This document shows positions 8,651-19,513 of a stretch of 58,853 bases of DNA, one piece after another. Numbering within the stretch: the stretch's first letter is position 1; every line of letters starts with the position of its first letter. The DNA is from an uncultured Spirochaetota bacterium. GTDB taxonomy: Bacteria; Spirochaetota; Spirochaetia; SZUA-6; CAVTHK01. The DNA lies in assembly GCA_963734495.1 (NCBI GenBank), contig CAVTHK010000018.1:1-58853 (forward strand), given 5' to 3'. A program made the translations under genes and the position numbers. The notes below the pieces were generated by a model. That model was not told where the DNA came from. It made no database searches and saw only the letters and a list, made by a program, of their open reading frames with translations.

Positions 8651-9154
8651 GTGAAAGACTTATCCAGCAGGCCAAGCGATGCGGCTCACAACAGGTGGTG
8701 GGAGATCGCCGAAGTGGTCTTCGGGCTTCCACTGCTCGCCGGCATCGGCTTACAGCTTGTTGTTCCGCTCTCGATTCCCTCAGGCACCTTTCACCTGCTC
8801 TCGCTCGTGACAGGACCTGCTGCCATGCTCGCCGGCGTGGCCGTAGTCATTCTCGCGCGGCGGGAGCTGGCGAAGGGCGCCCAGCCGACTGATCCTGGTC
8901 TGCCGACGACCAGACTGGTGACAACAGGCGTGTTCTCCCTTTCCAGGAACCCGATGTATCTAGGCGCGGCATGCTGCCTCCTCGGCGTGGCGCTCGTAGC
9001 CAACCTGCCGTGGGAATTGGGCCTGCTCCTGCCCAATCTTGCCGCCTGTCAGTTTGTGTTGATAGGGCCGGAGGAGAGATATCTGCACGCCAGGTTCGGG
9101 GACCAATACCGGAGCTACTGCGACTCCGTACGCCGCTGGCTTGGTCGGCGGTGA
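8651..9154 (+). CDS. Isoprenylcysteine carboxylmethyltransferase family membrane protein
   Basis: LVTTGVFSLSRNPMYLG, EERYL..RFGDQY..Y. Confidence 0.88.
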   Translation: MKDLSSRPSDAAHNRWWEIAEVVFGLPLLAGIGLQLVVPLSIPSGTFHLLSLVTGPAAMLAGVAVVILARRELAKGAQPTDPGLPTTRLVTTGVFSLSRNPMYLGAACCLLGVALVANLPWELGLLLPNLAACQFVLIGPEERYLHARFGDQYRSYCDSVRRWLGRR

Positions 9155-9304
9155 GGGCCGGTCGTTTCCCTGGCGGCGTGCCTCACCGTGCCTCGCCCCG
9201 GATCTTCAAGCGCTCAGCAAGTGAGTATCTTCAAGGGGCGAGTCGAGTCCTAACCTGATGGTTGAGTGCGGATCGAAACACAACGACTCGAGCGGACAAG
9301 CTGA

Positions 9305-10086
9305 ATGCAGGACAACTGGACCCTTGGCGAGGCGTATGAGAGCTACATGGGGCGATGGAGCAGGCCTCTCGCGCGTTCGTTTGTGAGCTGGCTGGGGCTC
9401 CCGCCGGGAGATCGTTGGCTCGAGGTCGGGTGCGGCACGGGCGCTCTCACCGCCGCAATCTGCGAGTTGGCCGATCCTGCGTCGGTGCTGGCCTGTGATC
9501 CATCGGAGTCATTCGTCGCCTCCGCGAGGGCCGGGGCTTACCGGACGGCCACGTATCGTTTGTCGTGGGCGACGTCGAGCATCTACCTGTGTTGGAGCAT
9601 GACGCTGCCGTTTCCGGGCTGGTGCTGAACTTCCTCCAGGATCCTCTACGCGCGATTCGGGCCATGCGGGAAAGGACACATAGGGACGGAACCATCGCCG
9701 CGTATGTGTGGGACTATCGAGAAGGAATGGAGTTCCTTCGTCGCTTCTGGGACGAAGCGGTCGCTATTGACCCCGCGGTCATGGGGCTGGATGAGGGTCA
9801 CCGCTTTCCGCTCTGCCAACCTCGCGCACTGAGCGCCCTGTTCGTCCAGGGAGGACTTCGGGACGTAACCGGAGGGGTGCTTGAGACGACGACCGCCTTC
9901 GCTGATTTCGACGACTTCTGGATTCCGTTTCTGAGGGGCACAGGTCCGGCGCCCGCCTACGTCGCGACACTCTCAGAAAGTCGCCGCGACAGACTGCGGG
10001 AGCGGCTGTCGAGACGTCTCAAGGCCGAAGCCGACGGACGCATCCTTCTCAGGGCCAGAGCGTGGGCAGTCAGGGGTAAAGTGTGA
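9305..10086 (+). CDS. Class I SAM-dependent methyltransferase (frameshift ~9530)
   Basis: YESYMGRWS, WLEVGCGTG in ORF 9305; continuation SGLVLNF..AYVWDY..GPAPAY in ORF 9565. Confidence 0.85.
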
Positions 10087-10103
10087 ATCAGATGCCGAAG
10101 GCG

Positions 10104-10147
10104 CCCGCCGGATCGTTCGAGCTGACGCGTCGAATCGCGCTTTGGCA
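10104..10147 (+). repeat. Relic attC left arm
   Basis: ATCGTTCGAGCTGACGC (10112-10128) is 16/17 identical to attC3 ATCGTTGGAGCTGACGC and is followed by TTGGCAC at the expected offset; AAC core lost. Confidence 0.6.
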
Positions 10148-10216
10148 CTGCCGCCGCGGCGGCACCGTGCGGTGAATCGGAGCCGCCCCGCCGAGCCGGC
10201 ACGCCGACTACAGGCC

Positions 10217-11059
10217 CTACCCCTTGATGCCGGTGAGCGTGATGCCTTCGACAAAGTAGCGCTGCAGCGAGAAGAACATGATGATGCCGGGCAGGATCGC
10301 GATGACCGTCGCGGCCATCAGCAGGTGCCACTCGATAAAGAAATCGTTGCGGAACCACATGAGGCCCAGCGGGACGGTGAACTTCTTTTTTGACGTCAGG
10401 TACAGCAGCGGCGTAAAGAAATCGTTCCACGTGTTGCGGAACACGAAGATCGCCACCGACGTCAGGGCCGGCTTGGACACCGGCATGATGATCTTCCAGA
10501 GGATCCCGAAGGTGGAGCAACCGTCGATCGTGGCCGCATCCTCCAGCTCGTTCGGGATCGACGCGAAGAACTGCCGCAGCAGGAATATGAAGAACGGCGG
10601 CGCCAGGAAGTACGGGATGATCAGAGGCCACCGCGTGTTCAGCATGCCCACGGTCTTGAAGATCAGGAACAGCGAGATGATCGTCACCTGGGACGGCAGG
10701 ATCATGACGCCGATCACCACGAGAAAGATGAGCCGCTTGCCCGCGAACTCCAGGCGCGCGAACCCGTAGCCGGCGAGCGTGCACGAGACCACCGCGCCGG
10801 CGATCGAGGCGACCGTCACGATCACGCTGTTGCGGTAGTAGAGCGCGAACGGCTGCGCGTTCCACGATTCGATGTAGTTCTTGAAGACGAACGGCCTCGG
10901 GATCCACTCGAGCGGGATCTTGAAGATCTGGTCGGGGGTCTTGAACGAGTTCAGGATCAGCCAGGCGAACGGCACCGCGTAGAGGATCGCCGCGAAGCTC
11001 AGGATCAGGTAGGTCAGCAGCATCGCCACCAGGCGCGACTGTCTCACTTTGAGCGCCAT
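10217..11059 (-). CDS. Carbohydrate ABC transporter permease (MalG-type)
   Basis: IPNELEDAATIDG EAA loop, WNDFFTPL, QRYFVEGI. Confidence 0.93.
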   Translation of the reverse strand: MALKVRQSRLVAMLLTYLILSFAAILYAVPFAWLILNSFKTPDQIFKIPLEWIPRPFVFKNYIESWNAQPFALYYRNSVIVTVASIAGAVVSCTLAGYGFARLEFAGKRLIFLVVIGVMILPSQVTIISLFLIFKTVGMLNTRWPLIIPYFLAPPFFIFLLRQFFASIPNELEDAATIDGCSTFGILWKIIMPVSKPALTSVAIFVFRNTWNDFFTPLLYLTSKKKFTVPLGLMWFRNDFFIEWHLLMAATVIAILPGIIMFFSLQRYFVEGITLTGIKG

Positions 11060-11062
11060 AGG

Positions 11063-11962
11063 CTAGATCCTCTTCCCCTCGTAGTAGACCCAGCGCGAGA
11101 AGCGGAACTGCAGCAGTGTCAGCGCGAAGACCACCACGAAGAAGAACCAGGCCATCGCGCTCCCGTAGCCCATCTCCAGCCACTGGAACGAGCGCCTGTA
11201 GAGGTAGACGACGTAGACGAGCGTAGCGTTCACGGGCCCGCCGTCGGTGAGGATGTAGACGTTGGCGAACACCTGGAACGAGTGGATCAGGCCCATCACG
11301 AGGTTGAAAAAGATGCTCGGGGAAAGCATCGGGATCGTGATGTAGAGCGTCTCGGTCCAGGCGTTGGCCCCGTCGAGGGTCGCGGACTCGTAGAGGTGCG
11401 TCGGGATCCCCTGCAGGCCCGCCAGGAAGATGATGAGCGGCGTGCCGAACTGCCAGATGCTCATGATGATGAGCGACGGCATGGCCCACTGCGGGGAGCC
11501 CAGCCACGGCGGGCCGTCGATGCCGACGAGGCCGAGCATGTAGTTCATGAGCCCGTTGTTCGGGTCGTAGATGTACTGCCACATGACCGCGATCGCGGTG
11601 CCGGCGCTCACCGACGGAAGGTAGAACAGCGTGCGGTAGATCCCGAGGCCGCGGACGAACTTCTGGTTCAGCAGCAGCGCGAAGAACAGCGCGATCGCGA
11701 GCTGGGGCACGAGGCTGCCAAAGGCGTAGTAGACGGTGTTGGCCAGGGCGGTGAGGAACAGCGGGTCTTCCCTGAACATCGCCACGTAGTTGGCGAAGCC
11801 CCTCCAGACCGGCGGGTTGAGCACGTCGTACTTCGTAAAGCTCAGGTAGAGGGAGTAGATCATCGGGCCGACGAACAGGAAGACGACGCCGATCAGGGCA
11901 GGAAGGATCGAGAGGTAGCCCTCCAGGTTCTGCACGAGCTTCCGCCGGGTTCTGGGTTTCAT
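11063..11962 (-). CDS. Carbohydrate ABC transporter permease (MalF-type)
   Basis: LAGLQGIPTHLYESATLDGA, ITIPMLSP, GYGSAMAW. Confidence 0.93.
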   Translation of the reverse strand: MKPRTRRKLVQNLEGYLSILPALIGVVFLFVGPMIYSLYLSFTKYDVLNPPVWRGFANYVAMFREDPLFLTALANTVYYAFGSLVPQLAIALFFALLLNQKFVRGLGIYRTLFYLPSVSAGTAIAVMWQYIYDPNNGLMNYMLGLVGIDGPPWLGSPQWAMPSLIIMSIWQFGTPLIIFLAGLQGIPTHLYESATLDGANAWTETLYITIPMLSPSIFFNLVMGLIHSFQVFANVYILTDGGPVNATLVYVVYLYRRSFQWLEMGYGSAMAWFFFVVVFALTLLQFRFSRWVYYEGKRI

Positions 11963-12035
11963 GGAACGCTTTCCTCGAGGGGCAAGGGCGGCGTCCGCCC
12001 GCGGAAAGCCCGCGGGCGGACGCACTCGGGACCTG

Positions 12036-13347
12036 CTACTGCTGCTTCACGACCTTTTCCACTTCATCCTGCATCTTCTTCAGGATGTTCGGGACGGAGT
12101 CCTTGTTGTACAGGGCTTCCTGCAGGATCTCGGCGGCCTTGCTGAGCTGCGCGTTCATGCCGGGATACATGGGCTGCACGTAGCGGGCCAGCTGGACCTG
12201 CGCGACGGAGGCCTTGAAGTCCTCACGCGTCGACCAGGGCTCCTTGGCCCAGTTCTGGTCCCGGGTGGGCATGTAGCCGCACACCCTCTGCGCGATGAGG
12301 TCTCCCTCGGGGCTCACCATGTACTTGAGCACCTGCCAGACCTCTTTCGGGTGCTTCGTGGTCTTGACCGCGAAGACGCTGTGGCCCTCTACGACCGTGG
12401 TGGCGCTCTTCTTTTTCGGGATCATCCCGATCTTCCAGTTCAGCTTGGGCGCGGTCTTCGGGTACTGGTTGTAGGCCCAGTGGCCCATGTACCACATCGC
12501 CATCTTCCCGTTCTCGACGATCTTGGTGGCGTCCTTTTCGGAGAGCTCGGGCGGCAGCGTGTTCTTGTACTTGTAGATGTTGTCGACCCAGTACTGCAGC
12601 GCCTCGACCGCTTCAGGGGCGGTAAAATTGTACGTCGGCTCCAGCTTCTTGGAGAGCTTGAGCATGTCGAGCCCGTTCTGCAGCACGAACTGGTTGAAGT
12701 CCCAGTTGAACTGGGGGATCTCCGAGCGGGTGTACGTGTACATCTTGGTGCCCCACTGGTCGATCTTGCCGTCGCCGTTCGTGTCCTTGGTGAGCTTGGT
12801 GGCGTAGTCGCGGAACTGCGCCCAGTCCGCCGGCGGCGCCGTGTAGCCGGCCTCCTTGAGCAGGTCCACGTTGTACATAAAGGCGATCCACCAGGAGTAG
12901 ATGGGCAGGCCGTAGAGCTTGCCGTTGACCCGGCCTTCGTTGTCGATCCTCTCCTTGAACAGCGGGTCCCCCTCGGGCTTCATCTCGGCGTAGTCCTTCT
13001 TGTAGAACTCGTCGAGCTGGAGCAGGGCGCCCTTGGCCGCGAACTCCATCATGTAGAAGTTCTTGCTGTGGCAGAAGTCCGGTCCCGTGTCGGAGGCGAG
13101 GGCGACCGTCATCTTCTTCCAGAAGTCCGCGTGGGAAGCGCCGAAGATCTCGATCGAGATGTTCGGGAACTTCTTGGCGAGCTCGGCCTTGATGCTGTTC
13201 ATCTGCAGCTCGCCGCCGCCGGAGCTCCAGTACTGCAGCGTCACGGGGCCGGAAGCCTTGAGCCGTGTCGCCCTGGCCTCCCGCGAAGACCAGGCAGCTG
13301 AGTGACAGGAATACGAACGTAACCAGAATGCGCTTATGGCGTTCCAC
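12036..13347 (-). CDS. Sugar ABC transporter substrate-binding protein (frameshift ~13260)
   Basis: Signal peptide MERHKRILVTFVFLSLSCLVFAGGQG in one frame, SBP_bac_1 body (GKLYGLP, MYNVDLLKEAG) in another; AGGAG RBS. Confidence 0.88.
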
Positions 13348-13408
13348 CTTTTTTTCTCCTTTCTCACCCTGGGATTGCGGACCGCCCCTCGACGAGGGGG
13401 ATGCAGCC

Positions 13409-13438
13409 ATCGTAGTGCCGTCACCCGAGAGCTGTCAA
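13409..13438 (-). promoter_or_regulatory. sigma70-type promoter of sugar ABC operon
   Basis: TTGACA-N18-TACGAT on minus strand. Confidence 0.65.
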
Positions 13439-13499
13439 ATCGAGCACCCGGCGCCTGGACCTCCCCGGCATTCTCGCCGCGCCGTGACGTGTGGTCGCC

Positions 13500-13528
13500 T
13501 TGACACCCAGGGGACGCGCCGGTAGCGT
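13500..13528 (+). promoter_or_regulatory. sigma70-type promoter of DMT gene
   Basis: TTGACA-N17-TAGCGT. Confidence 0.65.
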
Positions 13529-13548
13529 GCGCTTCCGGGAGGCGCAGC

Positions 13549-14457
13549 CTGCAGCAGTCACGCACCCGCCTGACGGCGGGCGCATTCGCTTCGGGTTTCC
13601 TCATGGCGGCGCTGTGGGGCGGCAACACCGTGTCCGTCAAGATCGGCCTCGCGGGCATCCCGCCGCTGGCCCTGGCCGGCATCCGCTTCGCCCTCGGCGG
13701 CGGCACCGTGCTGGCATGGGCGCTGGCGCAGGGCCTGCCGCTGCGCCTCGAAGCGGGCAAGCGCGTCGCCATGGCACTCCTCGCGGCGCTGTTTCTCGTG
13801 CAGATCGCGTTCCTCAACCTGGGGATCAAGTACACGCTGGCCAGCCGCTCGGCGCTGTTCGTCGCGACCTATCCGTTCTGGACGACGCTGCTCGCCCACT
13901 TCTACGTGCCGGGCGACCGCCTCAGCGGACCGACGGTCACCGGAATGCTCCTCGCGTTTTCCGGGCTCATCCTGCTCTTCGGCGAAGGCCTGCTCGCTCA
14001 CGTCGGCTCGCCGATCGGTGATGCAATCGCGCTCGGCAGCGGCCTGCTGCTCGGCGTGCGGATGGTCTACACCAAGCGGCTCACCGCGGACATGCATCCG
14101 GGAAAGCTCCTGGTCTGGCAGTCCGCCCTGAGCGTGCCCGCCTTCTTCGCGCTCAGCCTGCTGATCGAGCATCCGGGCGCGCCCGCCATGAACCTGCCCG
14201 TCGGTCTGGCCATCGCCTACCAGGGCGTCGTGGTGGCCGGGCTCTGTTTCATCATCCAGACGACCCTCATCCAGCGCTACAGCCCGAGCGTGGTCACCGC
14301 GTTCGGTTTCGCGACACCCGTCTTCGGCGTGCTGCTGAGCGCGCTCATCCTCGGCGAGCCCGTGACACCCGCGCTCGTCGCGAGTCTCGTCCTGGTGGCC
14401 GCGGGAATCACGGTCATCAACCGCACCCCGCGGCGCGAGCATCTCGCCGAAGGCTAA
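13549..14457 (+). CDS. DMT/EamA family transporter (probable CTG start)
   Basis: LWGGN..VKIGL..IPPL.LAGIRF; ~10 hydrophobic segments; GGAGG at 13538-13542 before in-frame CTG. Confidence 0.88.
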   Translation: MQQSRTRLTAGAFASGFLMAALWGGNTVSVKIGLAGIPPLALAGIRFALGGGTVLAWALAQGLPLRLEAGKRVAMALLAALFLVQIAFLNLGIKYTLASRSALFVATYPFWTTLLAHFYVPGDRLSGPTVTGMLLAFSGLILLFGEGLLAHVGSPIGDAIALGSGLLLGVRMVYTKRLTADMHPGKLLVWQSALSVPAFFALSLLIEHPGAPAMNLPVGLAIAYQGVVVAGLCFIIQTTLIQRYSPSVVTAFGFATPVFGVLLSALILGEPVTPALVASLVLVAAGITVINRTPRREHLAEG

Positions 14458-14557
14458 GCGGTCCCCCGCGCCCAGCGCCGGGTGGCGGTGGGCGCCTTCC
14501 CATAGTATCTTCGACGCAGTTCAGGAAGTGGCGGCCGCGGCGCCGCTGGGGGCGGCC

Positions 14558-15647
14558 ATGACTCTCTCGCCGGGCAGCATCACCGCACGGGCGTACCTCG
14601 AGCGTCTCGCGGGAGCCAGGGTCCCGGGCCTTCAGTACGTAGTCGTGGACGCGGACACCGCGCTCTTCGAGCATGCCGGCGGCTGGGCCGACGTGGGGCG
14701 CGGGACGCGCATGGCGCTCGAGACGACGATGATGGCCTATTCCATGACCAAGACCATCACCGCGGTCGCCGTCCTTCAGTTAGTGGAACAGGGCAGGTTG
14801 CGACTGGAGGAGGAGGCGGCCCGCCATGTGCCGGGCTTTCCTTACGGCGACGGCGTCACCGTCCTGCATCTTCTCGAACCACACCTCGGGTATCCCCAAT
14901 CCGATCCCGCTGCGCTGGGCGCACCTCGTCCGCGAGGACTGCGCGTTCGACGAAGGCGCCGCGCTCGCCCGAGTCCTCCGGGCCAACCCGCGGCTGCGCT
15001 CCCGCCCCGGCGATCGGTTCCGCTACTCGAACATCGGGTACTGGCTGCTCGGCCGCGTCGTCGAGAGCGTCACCGGGCAGCGCTACGCGGACTATGCGAA
15101 GGAACGGATCCTCAGGCCCCTGGGAGCGCAGCGGCTCGCCATGGACTTCGCGATCCCCGACCCCGCCGCGCACGCAGGCGGGTACCTCGCCAGGCGCTCC
15201 GCGATGAACGCGCTGAAGGGGCTGGTCACCGACAGCAGGCTCTGGGGAGGCCGCGAGGGCCGGTGGCTCCGCTTCGAGAGCCATCTCCTCGACGGCCCCG
15301 CATTCGGCGGGCTCGTCGGCACGGCGCGCGCGTTCGCGCTGTTCCTGCAGGACCAGCTGCGGCCTCAATCCGTCCTGCTCAATCGCGCGAGCAGGAAGCT
15401 CCTTGAGACGCAGCAGAAAAACAACGCGGGCAGGCCGATCCCGATGACGCCCGGCTGGCACGTGGGCCGGACCGGCCGCACGACCTACCTCTTCAAGGAG
15501 GGCGGAGGCGGCGGTTTCCACAGCGAGATGAGGCTCTACCCATCGCAGCGGATCGGGAGCGTCGTCATGGTCAACGGCACCGTGTTCGATTCGAGCGCGG
15601 CGTTGAACCATCTGGACGCCGCGTTCTTCAGAGCGGAACAAGGTTGA
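14558..15647 (+). CDS. Serine hydrolase, beta-lactamase family (frameshift ~14875)
   Basis: YSMTK (SxxK), HTSGI, FRYSNIGY (YxN), KEGGGGGF. Confidence 0.85.
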
Positions 15648-16675
15648 AGGAAGACCGCAAGGCGTCGGGACCTCCGCGCCGCGGCCGCGGCCTGCCCGGA
15701 CGGGCTGGGCGCATCCTGATCGCGGCGCTCGCGGTCGCGCTGGCCCTTGCTGCAGTCGCTCTGGCAGCCGGGGCCGTGGCCAGGTCGCGACTGGCGCGGC
15801 AGTTTCCGCCCCCCGGGCGCCTGGTGGACGTGGGCGGGTACAGGCTGCACCTGTCCTGCCTCGGCCGGGGCTCTCCGGCGGTGATCATGGACGCGGGCCT
15901 CGCCGACTTCTCGGTGCAGTGGGCGCTGGTGCAGCCTCGGGTGGCCGCCTTTGCCACCGCCTGCGTCTACGACCGGGCCGGGCTCGGCGGGAGCGACGCG
16001 AGCCCCCGCCCGCGCACCAGCGGCGTCATGGTCGAGGAGCTGCGCGCGCTTCTTTCCGCGGGGGGCGTCGCGGGCCCCTGGGTGCTCGTCGGCCATTCGT
16101 TCGGCGGGCTCAACATGCGGCTCTTCGCCCACCGCTACCCGGCGGAAACCGCGGGCCTCGTGCTCGTCGATGCCGCGCACGAGGAGCAGACCATCCGCAT
16201 GCCAGCCCTCCAACCCGCGGCCGCGCAGGCGGTCGCGCAGTTCCGGGCGCTCTCGCGGGTGAGCGCGCTCGGGCTCATGGCGCTGTCGCCCGCGAGCATC
16301 CCCGCCCGCGGCCTGTCCGGCCGCGCGCTCGACCGTTACCGGGCCGTGCTCGCGACGACCGCCTGCTTCGACGCGGCCGCCGCAGAGACCGCGGCCCTCG
16401 AAGAGAGCCTGGCCGAGGTGCGCGCCGCCCGCGTGACCAGCCTCGGAGACCTCCCCCTGGTCGTGATCAGCAGGGGTCGCCCGGAGCCGTTGCCCGCGGG
16501 GTACGAGCGCGCGTGGCAGGAGATGCAGTCCGAGATCGCCGCCCTCTCGTCGCGCGGCGAGCGGGTGGTGGCGTCGCGAAGCGGACACTACGTGCAGATC
16601 GAGCAGCCCGAGGTCGTGGTGGACGCGATCCTGCGAGTCGTGCTCGCAGCGCGCGCCGCGGACGCCGCGCGGTAG
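15644..16675 (+). CDS. Alpha/beta hydrolase
   Basis: YDRAGLG, VGHSFGG, SGHYVQIEQP. Confidence 0.9.
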   Translation: MKEDRKASGPPRRGRGLPGRAGRILIAALAVALALAAVALAAGAVARSRLARQFPPPGRLVDVGGYRLHLSCLGRGSPAVIMDAGLADFSVQWALVQPRVAAFATACVYDRAGLGGSDASPRPRTSGVMVEELRALLSAGGVAGPWVLVGHSFGGLNMRLFAHRYPAETAGLVLVDAAHEEQTIRMPALQPAAAQAVAQFRALSRVSALGLMALSPASIPARGLSGRALDRYRAVLATTACFDAAAAETAALEESLAEVRAARVTSLGDLPLVVISRGRPEPLPAGYERAWQEMQSEIAALSSRGERVVASRSGHYVQIEQPEVVVDAILRVVLAARAADAAR

Positions 16676-16710
16676 CCCGCCCGCCCGGCCTGTGGCATAA
16701 TGCCGGCACC

Positions 16711-17778
16711 ATGGAATACAGAAAGCTCGGCAGGACGGGCCTCAAGGTCTCGAGCTACTGCCTCGGCACGATGACCTTCGGCAAGCAGGTCGACGAGGCT
16801 CAGGCGCTGCGCATCATCGACGCGGCCGTCGACCGCGGCGTGACGTTCATCGACTGCGCCGACATGTACGTCAACGGCGAGACCGAGCGCATCCTCGGCC
16901 GCGCCCTCAAGGGGAAGCGCGCCTCGATCGTGCTCGCCTCCAAGGTCGGCCATCTCCTCAAGCTCGGCAGCCGCTACGGCGAGCAGAAGTTCTCCGGCCC
17001 CTGGGACCTCGCGCGGCCCAGGCCCTTCTTCCCGTGGGCGTGGGGAGACGAGACGCCGCCGACCGACATCGGGCTTTCCCGCAAGCACATCATGGCCGCC
17101 GTGGAGGCGAGCCTCGCGCGCCTGGGCACCGACTACCTCGACGTCTACTACGCCCACATGCCCGACTACGACACTCCGATCGAGGAGACGCTGCGTGCCA
17201 TGGACGACCTGGTGCGCCAGGGCAAGGTCCGCTACCTCGGCTGCTCCAACTACCGGGCGTTCCAGGTCTCCAGGGCGCTGTGGACCAGCGACAAGCTGGG
17301 TCTCGCGCGCTGGGACTGCGTGCAGCCGCCCTACAACCTGCTCGCGCGCGACCCGGAGTACGAGCTGATCCCACTGTGCCGCGACGAAGGCGTGGGCGTC
17401 TGCCCCTACAGCCCGATGGCCGCCGGGTTCCTCTCCGGCAAGTACAGCAAGGACAACCCTCCGCCCGAGGGCACTCGCTTCGCCCTTGCGCACCTCGGCT
17501 ATAAGTACAACCTGCGTTACTGGAACGACCTCGACTTCGAGGTGGTGGATGAATTGAAGAAGGTCGCAGCCGCCCACGGCCGCAGCCTCTCCCAGTTCGC
17601 CCTCGCCTGGTGCCTGCGCGACTCCGTCGTGTGCTCCGTGGTCAACGGCGCGACGTCGATCGAGCAGCTCGAGCAGAACATCGCGGCCACCGAGGTGCGC
17701 CTCACGCAGGAGGAGCTGGAGGCGTGCGACCGGCTCTGGGACCGGCTGCACCCGCCGCGGATCTACTACGGGCGGTAG
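16711..17778 (+). CDS. Aldo/keto reductase
   Basis: MEYRKLGRTGLKVS..CLGTMTFG, DCADMY, GKVRYLGCSN, QPPYNLL. Confidence 0.93.
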   Translation: MEYRKLGRTGLKVSSYCLGTMTFGKQVDEAQALRIIDAAVDRGVTFIDCADMYVNGETERILGRALKGKRASIVLASKVGHLLKLGSRYGEQKFSGPWDLARPRPFFPWAWGDETPPTDIGLSRKHIMAAVEASLARLGTDYLDVYYAHMPDYDTPIEETLRAMDDLVRQGKVRYLGCSNYRAFQVSRALWTSDKLGLARWDCVQPPYNLLARDPEYELIPLCRDEGVGVCPYSPMAAGFLSGKYSKDNPPPEGTRFALAHLGYKYNLRYWNDLDFEVVDELKKVAAAHGRSLSQFALAWCLRDSVVCSVVNGATSIEQLEQNIAATEVRLTQEELEACDRLWDRLHPPRIYYGR

Positions 17779-17843
17779 CGGGGCGAGCGGCGCCGGAGTC
17801 GGCGCGGCTCGCCTCCCCAACCCACGTCGATGAGGAGGACAGG

Positions 17844-18774
17844 ATGAAGTACCGCAAGCTGGGCAAGACGGGATGGAAGGTGAGCGCCGTTTCGATGGGC
17901 TGCTGGGGCATCGGCGGCCAGTGGGGCGAGGTCAGCGAGAAACAGGCGCTCGCCACGATCAAAGCGGCGCTCGACGCCGGCGTGAACCTCTTCGACACCG
18001 CCGACGCGTACGGGATGGGGCAGAGCGAGCGCCTGGTCGGCAAGGCGTTCAGGCGCCGGCCCGACAACGTCTACATCGCGACCAAGGTCGGCAACTGGGG
18101 CCGGAGGATGGGCGACCCTCTCCCCTTCAAGACGATCTGGAGCGTGATGGAGTGCTGCGACGCGAGCCTCTACCGCATGAAGATGGACGTCATCGACCTC
18201 TATCAGTGCCACATCGGCACCCCTGAGCATCCTGAGGTGTTCGTCGAGGCCTTCGAGCGCCTCGAGGAGCAGGGCAAGATCCGCCACTACGCGATCTCGA
18301 CCAACGACCTCGCGTCGCTCAAGGCCCTCAACGCCAACGGCGGCTGCGCGAGCTGCCAGATGGAGTACTCGATCCTTCGCCGCGGCCCCGAGAAAGAGCT
18401 CCTGCCCTACTGCCTGGAGAACGACATCGGCGTGCTCCTGCGGGGGCCCGCTCACCAAGGGGATCCTCGCGGACAAGTTCGACGAGACCACCCGGTTCGA
18501 AGACTCGGTGCGCAAGGGCTGGAACGAGGGCGCCGAGCGCGAGCGCTTCGTGAAAGACGTCGGCACGGTCGCGAAGCTGCGGCCGGCGCTCAAGCGGGGC
18601 GAGAGCATGGTGGAGCTGGCGCTGCAGTTCGTGCTCGCGCACCCGGCGGTGACCTGCCCGATCCCGGGCATGAAGAACCCGGACCAGGCGCGATCGAACG
18701 CGGCGGCCGCCGACGGCAAGCTCACGCCGGAGCAGAAGCGCGTCATCGACGAGGTGTCGCCTCCGCCCGCCTGA
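17844..18774 (+). CDS. Aldo/keto reductase (frameshift ~18450)
   Basis: MKYRKLGKTGWKVS.VSMGCWGIGG, FDTADAYG, ATKVG; C-terminal ALQFVLAHPAV.CPIPG in ORF 18508. Confidence 0.88.
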
Positions 18775-18785
18775 GGACGCGCCCC

Positions 18786-19513
18786 GTGGTCCCGATCGTC
18801 GACGGGCCGGAGGCCCTGCCGCTGGCGGCCGACATCACCCATGCCGAAGGGAGCGAGTTCTGCGTCTCCCTGAGGCTCGACCCCGAGATGGTGGCGGCAA
18901 CCTGCTGGCACGGCTGCATGCCGATGGGGCTGGAGCTCGAGGGCCAGCAGTTCCTGCTGATCAAGTGTCACGAGGTGAGGAGCGTCCTCGACTTCGCCGA
19001 CCTGCACACGTCGGCGAGCACCGCCCGCCGCGCGAGGGGCCTCTCGCTCGAGATCGACCGCGACTTCCGGGGCTGCCTCGCGGCCGTCGTCGCGGCCTAC
19101 CCGGACGAGCGCTGGCTGGTCGACGAGCTCTGCGAGTCGCTCGCGTCGCTGCACGCGGACCCTCTTCGTCGGCGTCCGCACCCACTCGGTCGAGGTGTAC
19201 GACGGGGGCGAGCTCGTCGCGGGCGAGGTGGGCTACGGCTGCGGCGCCGTCTACACGAGCCTCGCGGGCTTCCACCGCAGGAGCGGGGCCGGCAGCGTCC
19301 AGCTCGGATGCCTCGGCAGGATCCTCGAGTCGGGAGGCTTCGGCTTCTGGGACCTCGGCATGGATATCGAGTACAAGCGCCGGCTGGGGTCGCACCTGCT
19401 GCCCTGGCAGGAGTTCCTGGAGCGCTTCCGCGGCGAGCGCGACCGTGAGGCGACGCTCGCGGCGGGGCCCTGCGGACTGCGCGCGACTCCTGGGCCGCGG
19501 CAGCCGGCGGTGA
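18786..19513 (+). CDS. aat: Leucyl/phenylalanyl-tRNA-protein transferase-like protein (frameshifts)
   Basis: IDRDF..C, HSVEVYDGGELVAGEVGY..GAVYTSLAGF, WDLG. Confidence 0.65.

Noticed and set aside
9247-9275. Possible relic attC (GTCCTAAC...TTGAG)
   Set aside because: Only the core heptamer matches; no complementary arm
14558-15647. Antibiotic-resistance beta-lactamase
   Set aside because: Generic serine hydrolase motifs, no signal peptide, core-like context; resistance cannot be inferred
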